From assembly GCA_030610885.1 (NCBI GenBank), contig JAUWQW010000003.1, positions 1 through 60,748 on the forward strand: DNA of 60,748 bases, written 5' to 3'. The DNA is from Candidatus Aminicenantes bacterium. Lineage in GTDB: Bacteria > Acidobacteriota > Aminicenantia > UBA2199. The position numbers and the translations under genes are program-made. Shown here one piece after another: positions 49,354-57,497 of the stretch (position 1 is its first letter; each line of letters opens with the position of its first letter). The notes under the pieces were generated by a model. It worked only from the letters and a program-made list of their open reading frames with translations. It was not told the DNA's origin and did not search any database.

Positions 49354-49382
49354 TTGACAATGAACAATAATTTCCCTAATAT
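49354..49382 (+). promoter_or_regulatory. sigma70-type promoter TTGACA-N17-TAATAT
   Basis: TTGACA at 49354-49359, exactly 17 nt of spacer, TAATAT at 49377-49382. It sits about 30 nt upstream of the small ORF at 49411. Confidence 0.55.
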
Positions 49383-49410
49383 TTCATTAAGATGAAAAAA
49401 GGAGGAGGAG

Positions 49411-49494
49411 ATGAAAAAAATCTTTAACATACTGGTGTTTACAATTTTGTTTTCCATATATCTGCCTGCCAATCAAGATTTACGCATAATGTGA
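49411..49494 (+). CDS. 27-codon signal-peptide-like small ORF ending at an in-frame TGA (possible leader peptide or nonsense-disrupted gene)
   Basis: GGAGGAGGAG at 49401-49410 lies directly before the ATG. The product is MKKIFNILVFTILFSIYLPANQDLRIM, ending in TGA. The same frame then stays open for 29 more codons (PVTADAKAEKSSGSNFHCKTYTWELHITE) to the TAA at 49582-49584. Confidence 0.4.
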   Translation: MKKIFNILVFTILFSIYLPANQDLRIM

Positions 49495-49728
49495 CCTGTT
49501 ACGGCGGACGCTAAAGCGGAAAAATCTTCAGGCAGCAACTTCCACTGTAAAACCTACACCTGGGAGCTACATATAACAGAATAACAACTTTTTAATATTC
49601 GAATTCCAGATGAGAAGAAATGTGGGGTCAGTTCTTTCATTATAACATTTAATATGGTAAAATTCCTTTATGTTCAGTAGATAGCATTTTACCAGGAGAA
49701 GAAACATGTTTGAAAGGAGGAAAATATT

Positions 49729-50793
49729 ATGAAAAATCTATTTAAAATTCTATTGGGTCTATTTTTACTAACAGCAATAATGATTTTATCGTGTAATAAT
49801 CATGAGAAACAACAAAATTTGCTTTTAAAGCCTGATACAGTAGATGCAACAAATGATTTCTATGATAATGCTGAAACTTATCAATTAAAAGTATCAGTCC
49901 TTGAAGTTTCAGGTGAAATCACAAATCCCTGTAAAGTTGATTTTTCTAAATTACCTTTGCGGAGTGTAATAGTTAAAGAAACAATTCTTAATGGTAATAA
50001 GGATACTTTTATTGGAGCATATCGCTATGACGGATATTCGTTATACGATATTTTGAATAAAATAAAACTGAACAAAAAAAATAAAGGGCAATTTAAACCA
50101 ATTATTGATTTATATGTTGAAGTAGAAAATGATTCAGGGGAAAGTGTTAAAATCAGTTGGGGTGAAATATTTTACCCAAACAATTTACATAAAATAATAA
50201 TAGCAAAAAGAGTAATGAGGATAGTTCCATCAAAAACCAAAGAATTGTGGGAATTACCAAAAGAATCAAAACTTGTAATAGCAAATGATCTTTTAACGGA
50301 ACGAAATATTGGCAGCCCAACAAAAATTATTGTTAAATCTTACGATAAAGATATTAAAGTAACAAAAGGTAAAGACCCGCTATTTTCACCTGAAATTAAA
50401 ATTTATAAAAATGATAAAGAGGTTAAAATAATTAAATCTTATCCCACACATTTAAAAAAATATACTATTAATACGATTTTCTATGGTAGAGGCAGAGGCA
50501 TTCACAGTACACAACCTTTTACTGGAATATATTTAAAAGACTTTTTACAAACACATTACCCCATTTCAAAAGAATCTTTAAAGAAGGGTATTTTTGCTGT
50601 TGTTGCGGATGATGGTTACAGGGCAGTATTTACATTTAGCGAAATTTATAACAGGAATGATCAATCTGAAGTGCTTTTAATTTGTTATCCTAAATCCCGA
50701 AATAATGGAATATTCAGGTTATTTCCAAGTTGTGATTTCTTTTCAGATAGAGCCGTAAAAGCAATAACGGAAATTCAATATTCAGAGAATTAA
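49729..50793 (+). CDS. Hypothetical lipoprotein with two tandem domains weakly resembling the sulfite-oxidase-fold (molybdopterin-oxidoreductase-like) module
   Basis: RBS AGGAGG and lipobox ILSCN. Both halves share the pattern ...G(I/A)Y(L/R)xDxL...DGY...F(S/T)xxEI... typical of Oxidored_molyb-like domains. The assignment is tentative. Confidence 0.6.
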   Translation: MKNLFKILLGLFLLTAIMILSCNNHEKQQNLLLKPDTVDATNDFYDNAETYQLKVSVLEVSGEITNPCKVDFSKLPLRSVIVKETILNGNKDTFIGAYRYDGYSLYDILNKIKLNKKNKGQFKPIIDLYVEVENDSGESVKISWGEIFYPNNLHKIIIAKRVMRIVPSKTKELWELPKESKLVIANDLLTERNIGSPTKIIVKSYDKDIKVTKGKDPLFSPEIKIYKNDKEVKIIKSYPTHLKKYTINTIFYGRGRGIHSTQPFTGIYLKDFLQTHYPISKESLKKGIFAVVADDGYRAVFTFSEIYNRNDQSEVLLICYPKSRNNGIFRLFPSCDFFSDRAVKAITEIQYSEN

Positions 50794-50849
50794 TACTTCT
50801 AATTCCACAAAATTAAGGATCAGTTAATATAAAATATGATTTTTATGAA

Positions 50850-53800
50850 TTATTTTATCTCTTTTTCATACCATTTTGAACGATTCGGTTCTTTTGGGTC
50901 TTTAACTTTTTTTGGAGGATTTTTCTTTAATTGTTCTATAAGATATTCAACTGCTTTTTCAATACATGGATCTTTACCTTTAGCTACCTCTTCGGGGCGG
51001 TCATATACTTCATAACCCTTATCAGGATAAATACCAACTCCTTCAACAATCCACTCACCATCTGTTCCTACGATTCCAGACATTGGTACAGCAAAGGATG
51101 GGCCATCGACAAGTCCGGGACTCCATCCGTAACCAACCAGCCCTCCCCATGTTCTTGTACCTATGAGGATTCCAACTTTAGCTTTTCTAAACCAGTAGGG
51201 AAAATTGTCTCCACCTGAAGATGAAAAATGATTTATAAGCATAACTTTTGGTCCTTCAATTGCAAAAAAGGGTTCTGGTCTGAGACCAAGTCCTCTTCTA
51301 TGCCAATAACTTATAATTTTTGATGAAAGTTTCTGTATCATTTTCCCGGGGCTCCATCCGCCTCCATTATATCGTTCATCAATGATCAATGCATCCTTAT
51401 TACTTAAAGAATAAATTCCTTTAAAGAGTTCTCTATTTCCTTCATTTGCAGTATTGGGAACATGGATATATCCAATTCTTCCATTTGACAGTTTTTCAAC
51501 CATGTTTTTTCGTGAATTTACCCAATCTAAATAGAATAATTCCAATTCACTTTTTATAGGTTTTATCAAGAATGTTCTAGCTCCTTTTTGTATGGGTTTT
51601 GAGTTTACTTTTATTTCTATCCTTTTTTCTGCTGTATTTTCAAGGAATTTATAAGGGTTATCTTTTGTTGTTACATTATTATTGTTCAGGCTTATAAGAT
51701 AATCTCCTTCATTTATATCTATACCCTGTTCTGTTAATGGAGATCTTGTATCTTCATTCCAATTTTCACCTTTATAGATTTTTGCGATTATATACCTTCC
51801 TGATTTATCTGCTTTTAAATCAGCACCAAGAAGACCGGTATCAATACGTTTTACCTGTTTAAAATCTCCCCAGTTAACATATGTATGTCCAACATTTAAT
51901 TCCCCAACAAGCTCTCCCAGAATATAATCAAGATCTGCTCTATGACTGACATATGGTAAAAGCTTCTTATATTTTTCTCTCATTTTAGGCCAGTTAACAC
52001 CATGCATGTTTTTTACATAGAACCAGTCTCTAAAGATTCTCCAACCTTCATTGTATATTTGTTCCCACTCTTTTTTTGGATCAATCTTCATGACAAGATC
52101 TTTTAATTTTAAAAGCCCATCTCCAACTTTTTGTTTTGGTTTTATTTCAATAATTCCAAATTTATTTTTTGCCTTGTAAAGAAGTTTTTTGTTGTTAACA
52201 GAAAGGTCACAACCTGAGATTTCTTTTATAATTAATTTGTCTTCTTTTTCTTTAATATTGTATAAATATATATCTTTATCCTTGAAATATAAAAGTTTAT
52301 CTCCAATATCCCTGATTATACTATATCTTCCAGGTTTTAAAGGGAATGCAATTACTCTATTGCTTATTCCATTAAAATCAATTTTTATTGGTTTTATACT
52401 CTCTTTATCCTTTTCTTTTTTCTTTGAGAGTTTTTTATTTTTATCTTCTTCTATATTTTCTCCCTTTTCTACATCATTTTTTTCTTCAAAAAGTTTTGGA
52501 ACATCTTTAGTTAAAGCTACAGCATAAATTCTGGTTGCTTTGTTGTATACAAAATCGAATTCAAAACTTGAAAAATCCATATTAAAATCTCTTTGTGAAG
52601 CAAAAAATATATATTTACCGGATTTTGAAAATACGGGAGAAGAATTATAATATTTGTCATCTATTAATCTGTGTGTGTTTTTTGTTTCAATAGAATATAG
52701 CCATATTGCACTTAATTTATTTTTATCTCTTTTTGTATATATTACCCATTTTGAATCAGGTGACCAATTATAATCATTTATGGAAGCAAATTTTGCCTGT
52801 TTGATAAGAGTTATTTTTTTTGATTTTATGTCAAGTATCTGTAATTGATTATTCTTATCTGAAAACAGGAGCATTTTACTGTCAGGAGACCAGACTGCTG
52901 GATATTTCCAAATTTTATGGTTATTAGTAAGTTTAATTCTCTTTTTCTTATTTTTTGGATCAAGCAGATAAATCTCATAATCCCCTGTCTCATCTGAATA
53001 ATAGGCAATCCATTTTCCATCAGGAGACCAGACAGGGTACATTTCTCTTGTGCACTGAGTTTTAGTAAGATTGTAAGTGATTCCTTCTTTTTCTGGTACA
53101 GTAAAAATATCACCTCTTGCATCAAATACTACTCTTTTACCTGATGGTGATATACCATATCCAAATCTTGAAATAAATTTTGAAACATTTTTAAAATAAG
53201 GAAGTATATTTGGATTGTCAAAATTTATATTTGCCGTAATTTTTTCTGTTTTACCTGAATTTAGATCTAATTTGTAAATATATCCTTTGTTTTCATATAC
53301 TACCAATCCATTATGCCCTGATGGCCATAGTGCATCATATTCTATATGATTAGTTATTTTTTCAATCTTTTTATTATTCAGATCAAAGGAATAAAAATTT
53401 AATTTGATGTTTGTACCTCTATCAGAAATAAAGTATATTTTATTTTTATGCCAAATTGGATGCTGATCTGTTCCTGGAAAAGTAGTAAGCCTTTTTGATG
53501 TGTCTTTTTCGAGATTATAGATCCAAACATCCTGTGCTCTTCCGCCTTTCATTCTTTTCCATGTCCTGAATTCTCTTGATATGGGTGTGTAGGCAATGCT
53601 TTTTGCACAGGGTGAAAAGGTTCCAAAACCTGCTTCAGGTATTTGTAAAGGAGTTTCAAGCCCTCCATCAAGGTTTACTAAATAGTACTTACCCATCCTT
53701 TTCCCATGTGGAGTTCTATTTGCTCTTATAAGAATTTTTTTACTATCAGGAGTCCAGTCCATAACAATATTGTCATATCCGCCTCTTGGAGGCATATATC

Positions 53801-54125
53801 CAACACTATTGTAAAATGTCAATTGTTTTGGAACACCTCCATTTGAGGGTATGACAAATATCTGGCGCGAGCCTGAGTATTCACCTGAAAACGCAATCCA
53901 TTTACTATCAGGAGATATTTTAGGAAATATTTCTATTCCCTTATGAGATGTTAGTCTTGTGGCATTTCCTCCATTAGATGAAACTGACCATATGTCTCCT
54001 GCATAAACAAACACAATTAAATCCTTATTAATGTCAGGAGTTCTTAAGAGTCGTGTATCATCTATGGAGTATCCATAAGTGATTAGAGATGAAAGTGTAA
54101 ATATGAGTAAAAAAATCTTTTTCAA
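50850..54125 (-). CDS. Tricorn-type protease homologue (beta-propellers + PDZ + S41 C-terminal peptidase domain), exported
   Basis: 1091 aa. N-terminus RLLRTPDINKDLIVFVYAGDIWSVSSNGGNATRLTSH...PKISPDSKWIAFS is tricorn-like. Repeated WSPDxK propeller blades. The C-terminal S41-like region is IIDERYNGGGW...SSSGGDNF. TTG start with GGAGG 5 nt upstream. The signal-like segment is FLLIFTLSSLITYGYS. Confidence 0.85.
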   Translation of the reverse strand: MKKIFLLIFTLSSLITYGYSIDDTRLLRTPDINKDLIVFVYAGDIWSVSSNGGNATRLTSHKGIEIFPKISPDSKWIAFSGEYSGSRQIFVIPSNGGVPKQLTFYNSVGYMPPRGGYDNIVMDWTPDSKKILIRANRTPHGKRMGKYYLVNLDGGLETPLQIPEAGFGTFSPCAKSIAYTPISREFRTWKRMKGGRAQDVWIYNLEKDTSKRLTTFPGTDQHPIWHKNKIYFISDRGTNIKLNFYSFDLNNKKIEKITNHIEYDALWPSGHNGLVVYENKGYIYKLDLNSGKTEKITANINFDNPNILPYFKNVSKFISRFGYGISPSGKRVVFDARGDIFTVPEKEGITYNLTKTQCTREMYPVWSPDGKWIAYYSDETGDYEIYLLDPKNKKKRIKLTNNHKIWKYPAVWSPDSKMLLFSDKNNQLQILDIKSKKITLIKQAKFASINDYNWSPDSKWVIYTKRDKNKLSAIWLYSIETKNTHRLIDDKYYNSSPVFSKSGKYIFFASQRDFNMDFSSFEFDFVYNKATRIYAVALTKDVPKLFEEKNDVEKGENIEEDKNKKLSKKKEKDKESIKPIKIDFNGISNRVIAFPLKPGRYSIIRDIGDKLLYFKDKDIYLYNIKEKEDKLIIKEISGCDLSVNNKKLLYKAKNKFGIIEIKPKQKVGDGLLKLKDLVMKIDPKKEWEQIYNEGWRIFRDWFYVKNMHGVNWPKMREKYKKLLPYVSHRADLDYILGELVGELNVGHTYVNWGDFKQVKRIDTGLLGADLKADKSGRYIIAKIYKGENWNEDTRSPLTEQGIDINEGDYLISLNNNNVTTKDNPYKFLENTAEKRIEIKVNSKPIQKGARTFLIKPIKSELELFYLDWVNSRKNMVEKLSNGRIGYIHVPNTANEGNRELFKGIYSLSNKDALIIDERYNGGGWSPGKMIQKLSSKIISYWHRRGLGLRPEPFFAIEGPKVMLINHFSSSGGDNFPYWFRKAKVGILIGTRTWGGLVGYGWSPGLVDGPSFAVPMSGIVGTDGEWIVEGVGIYPDKGYEVYDRPEEVAKGKDPCIEKAVEYLIEQLKKNPPKKVKDPKEPNRSKWYEKEIK

Positions 54126-54191
54126 ATTTTCCTCCTATAATGTGATTTTAGAATATATTATACGGAATCGAAACTTTTTTGTTTGATTTTA

Positions 54192-54221
54192 CAGCCCGTT
54201 AGTTTGAAAACTAACGGGCTG
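54192..54221 (-). terminator. Strong hairpin CAGCCCGTTAGT-TTGAAA-ACTAACGGGCTG
   Basis: A perfect 12-bp stem, 38 nt downstream of the stop codon at 54259. The tail on the minus strand is A-rich rather than U-rich, so its function as a canonical intrinsic terminator is uncertain. Confidence 0.45.
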
Positions 54222-54258
54222 CAATGAGTATTTCTTTATTTAAGAAAAAATTAAAATT

Positions 54259-55701
54259 TTATAGACCAAATGTATATCTGAAACCAAGAAGTAACATATG
54301 TTGGCTTGAGAATGAATAATCTTCTCCAAAAGCTGTTCTTACCTCGCCAAAAATTGAGCCGATCGAGTTATTGTTATTGAATAAGTTGTACCCAATATTA
54401 GCAACAAGACCAATACTTCCATCCCAATAATTTTCCTTAACTTTTGTATTAACACCTAAACCACCGCCAAAATATAATTTATCAACATGGTAATTTAAGA
54501 TTAGATTTGCCATAACGAATGATTTGTGTGGTGCACTTTTAGTTGAAAGTCCTCCACCTGCAGATAAGGTTAAGTCTAATTTTTCGGGATTGATCCAGTA
54601 TCCCAACCCAACTCTACCATAAATATATGCGGTGTGACTGCCTCTTACTAACATAGGGATACCCTCAACTAAAAAGTAATGTCTTGAAAGAACTTCTATA
54701 TTAGCTGTGCAAATTTCAGATACTCCACCAAAATCATCATAAAGTTTTAAACTTATGGTTTTTTGACCAGCTTTGTTGAATTTCTTTTCCCATACAAATG
54801 GTTCTTTGGAAACAGTGATTTTATCAATTACTTTTCCATCTTTGTCAGAAACCTCATAATATGCTTTTACAATTTTGCCGTCTGGATCTTTAGCACAGGA
54901 AGCATCAATTACTACAGCTTTATTGGCATATTCTTTATCTTTAGAAATTTTTATACAGCATTCAGGTGGAAAGTTTATATATATTTTTTGTTCACATAAA
55001 CTTGCGGGAGGATCGCATTTAGAATTTATAGCCTTGCCTTTAAAAGTATATTCTCCTGGCTTTTTTAAACTTGTTTCCCATTTTGCATTTTCTAAACTTA
55101 ATTTTTTACTTGCAATTTGAGTTCCATCTGGCCCGATAATTTCTACTTCTAATGATTCTGCATATTTTGAGTTGCTCATGTCAACTGTGATAGTGTCATT
55201 TATATTTGCCTTTGCTGGAGAGACTTTTAAATCACAGATTGCACATTCTTGGCCTATTTTATGAAGGCAGATATTCCCACATTTTTTTGGAATAACAAAT
55301 TCGTATTTTCTACCATCTTTTACTAAAGTCATCGAAAAAACGGTTAGAGCTTTTTTCCCAGCCCATTCAAGGTCTTTAGTAACTTTTACTTTTCCATAGG
55401 GGCGGAAAATCATCCATTCCATTTTTTCACCCGGTTCCAGGGTTTTTTCTTCGAATGAATAGTTGTTTACTCGATTCATAAAAGGAAGATATAAATCTCC
55501 ACATCCGGTTTTGTCAAATGCAAATTTAATCTCTTTATCGTATTTCCATATTGCAGTTTTCAGCATTTCAACACTTGTTACTCCTCCTTTTACTAAAGGG
55601 TTAACACCGACTCTTATAATCTTTTTTGTTGCTGCAAATGGTCCTATTGAAGAAATTATAAAAATTCCGATAAACAGAAATAATAAAACATTTTTCTTCA
55701 T
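54259..55701 (-). CDS. Outer-membrane protein: Cys-rich N-terminal region, PKD/Ig-like middle, C-terminal small beta-barrel
   Basis: A signal peptide, and several CxxC/CxC pairs (CGNICLHKIGQECAIC). A PKD-like segment VIDASCAKDPDGKIVKAYYEV. The C-terminus has alternating hydrophobic beta-strands with G/Y/N-rich turns and ends in GFRYTFGL. Confidence 0.65.
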   Translation of the reverse strand: MKKNVLLFLFIGIFIISSIGPFAATKKIIRVGVNPLVKGGVTSVEMLKTAIWKYDKEIKFAFDKTGCGDLYLPFMNRVNNYSFEEKTLEPGEKMEWMIFRPYGKVKVTKDLEWAGKKALTVFSMTLVKDGRKYEFVIPKKCGNICLHKIGQECAICDLKVSPAKANINDTITVDMSNSKYAESLEVEIIGPDGTQIASKKLSLENAKWETSLKKPGEYTFKGKAINSKCDPPASLCEQKIYINFPPECCIKISKDKEYANKAVVIDASCAKDPDGKIVKAYYEVSDKDGKVIDKITVSKEPFVWEKKFNKAGQKTISLKLYDDFGGVSEICTANIEVLSRHYFLVEGIPMLVRGSHTAYIYGRVGLGYWINPEKLDLTLSAGGGLSTKSAPHKSFVMANLILNYHVDKLYFGGGLGVNTKVKENYWDGSIGLVANIGYNLFNNNNSIGSIFGEVRTAFGEDYSFSSQHMLLLGFRYTFGL

Positions 55702-55871
55702 ATTGCCTCCTTACTAAATTTTAGTTATTAAATTATATCTTATTTATATATAATATTAAACATTTTTTTAAAAAAAAATAATTTTTTTTTATTTTACTAA
55801 TTTTAGTTTGTATTGAAACAAATATTCTTTACTAACTAATTGGTGTCTCTCATTTTCCCTTAAATAAAAAA

Positions 55872-55901
55872 GGGGGAGGCAGAAATTATTCAGCCTCCCC
55901 C
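55872..55901 (-). terminator. Bidirectional intrinsic terminator GGGGGAGGC-loop-GCCTCCCCC flanked by A6/T6 runs
   Basis: A 9-bp GC-rich stem. On the plus strand AAAAAA precedes it and TTTTTT follows it. It lies 40 nt past the stop of the LTxxQ gene (55941). Confidence 0.75.
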
Positions 55902-55940
55902 TTTTTTATTACAAGCTATTAATTTTAATTATTTCAAATG

Positions 55941-56468
55941 TTAATGACACTTCTCCTTTTCCTTTTCCTTTTTGTGATAACCTTTTTTCTTTTTCCCATG
56001 GGAGCAAGATGTTTTTTGCTTATGATGAAGATCCTGAGAATATTTACTTTTCATTTCAGTAAATTTTTTCAACTGCACTGGAGTCAGAATTGCCCGTAAT
56101 TTTAGCTTATAATCAAAACGCATTTTTTTCATTTCAACAAAGAGTTTGCCAGACTCATCAATCATTTTATAGATTGATTTCTTATCGAGTTTTTCTAAAT
56201 TCATAAGATCATGGGTTTTTTTGTGAATATCTTTCGTTTTTTCAGTTTGTTTCTTTTTGGTTTCCATATAGACTTTTTTCAGTTTGTTAATTTCATCCCG
56301 CTGTTTTTCAGTCAGGTTTAAGTCTGCCATTAAAGAACATTTTCCCTTTTTCTTGTGAAGTGTTTTCATTTCTTTGCTTTTGTGTTTGTATTTTTCATCA
56401 GCAAAGCCTGGAAAAGTAAATGCTGTCATAACTACAGCAATTAACATTAGATTAAGTAACTTTTTCAA
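55941..56468 (-). CDS. Periplasmic Spy/CpxP/ZraP-family (LTxxQ) protein with a Lys/His/Cys-rich tail
   Basis: Two LTxxQ motifs (LNLTEKQRDEI and LTPVQLKKF) and a signal peptide. The tail is HHKQKTSCSHGKKKKGYHKKEKEKEKCH. TTG start with GGAGG 5 nt upstream. Confidence 0.7.
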   Translation of the reverse strand: MKKLLNLMLIAVVMTAFTFPGFADEKYKHKSKEMKTLHKKKGKCSLMADLNLTEKQRDEINKLKKVYMETKKKQTEKTKDIHKKTHDLMNLEKLDKKSIYKMIDESGKLFVEMKKMRFDYKLKLRAILTPVQLKKFTEMKSKYSQDLHHKQKTSCSHGKKKKGYHKKEKEKEKCH

Positions 56469-56508
56469 AGTTTCCTCCTTTATTTTTTTAATGTTTTATT
56501 TATAAAAC

Positions 56509-57033
56509 TTATTTTTCATTTTTTCTGCAAAACGGGTCACTATTCATATCAGGATCCTTTTTTTTATGTTGGATTAAAGCGTGATTCATACTATCAAGCA
56601 AAAAAGTAAAATCCTTTGGGTCTATAAGATTTTTAATTAAAAGAAGGTGCTTGAAATTTTTTTCATTGAGTTCATTGGTCAAATAGTTAAGCTCCTTGAG
56701 TAATTTTTCTGTTATCTCCTTTTTGATTTCTTTTTTTTTAAGTTCATTTAGAAGTCCTGTTTTGATTTTAATAAATCTATTCAATATATAATAATAATGT
56801 TGTTTGTGCTCATGAAACAATTTTTTAAATGCAGGTTTTTTTCTACATAAATGATAATACCCAATCCTGTTCCCGTCATTTTTACAATAATATTCAGCCT
56901 TTTTCTGCGGTGTTCCGTTTTGTTTCTGGGGCAATATGAATTTTTTGATGACAAATCCGCTTATTAAAGACAGGTTCAATACAAGTGATATTATTAATGC
57001 AATTTTTATTTTCATATATTTACTGTTTTTCAT
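56509..57033 (-). CDS. Hypothetical membrane-anchored periplasmic helical protein
   Basis: An N-terminal TM helix (IKIALIISLVLNLSLISGFVI) followed by a His/Cys-containing region (YYCKNDGNRIGYYHLCRKK...HEHKQHYYY). AGAGGAAAG lies upstream of the ATG at 57033, and the gene overlaps the anti-sigma stop. Confidence 0.55.
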   Translation of the reverse strand: MKNSKYMKIKIALIISLVLNLSLISGFVIKKFILPQKQNGTPQKKAEYYCKNDGNRIGYYHLCRKKPAFKKLFHEHKQHYYYILNRFIKIKTGLLNELKKKEIKKEITEKLLKELNYLTNELNEKNFKHLLLIKNLIDPKDFTFLLDSMNHALIQHKKKDPDMNSDPFCRKNEK

Positions 57034-57472
57034 CTTTCCTCTCTTCCAGTGCAGTAAAATATATTTCTGTCAAACTCATTGGATATATTGGTTCCATGTT
57101 AAATTTGTAAGGTTCAGTTTTAGTTATATTAAAATCTATTGGTATTTTATTGTTTCCTGTATTTGCAGTTTGAAATCCAAACCAGAAACCTGCAATTAGT
57201 ATAATTATAACACCTGTTGTTCTAAGTAAAAACCCAAAAGAAGGGATTTGCAATCTTTTTTTCTGGTAGTTATAAACAGATTCAAGAATAGAGTACTTTA
57301 GACCCTGCGGTGCCTCAAGCTCTTTTGCTAAGAGAAATAGTTTTTCAAGATTTTCTTCTTTTTTATAAGCTTCAAAGCAAGACTCACAAACATTCAAATG
57401 GCTTTTTGCTATTTTTGAAATCTCAACTCCATAGATATTTATTTCTTTTAATACTTGTTTACAAATTTTCAT
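57020..57472 (-). CDS. Anti-sigma factor, zf-HC2 type, single TM
   Basis: CKQVL...SHLNVCESC gives C-x21-H-x3-C-x2-C. One TM helix (GVIIILIAGFWFGF). It lies directly downstream of the ECF sigma gene. Confidence 0.75.
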   Translation of the reverse strand: MKICKQVLKEINIYGVEISKIAKSHLNVCESCFEAYKKEENLEKLFLLAKELEAPQGLKYSILESVYNYQKKRLQIPSFGFLLRTTGVIIILIAGFWFGFQTANTGNNKIPIDFNITKTEPYKFNMEPIYPMSLTEIYFTALEERKDEKQ

Positions 57473-57497
57473 TTTCTCTTCACCTTATTAAACAGTT

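Noticed and set aside
49492-49494. An alternative genetic code (UGA as a sense codon) as the explanation for the in-frame TGA in the small ORF.
   Set aside because: TGA clearly terminates well-conserved genes here, for example purD at 8149-8151 and purE at 8649-8651. Both are ATGA overlaps with the next gene's start, and the protein ends are full length.
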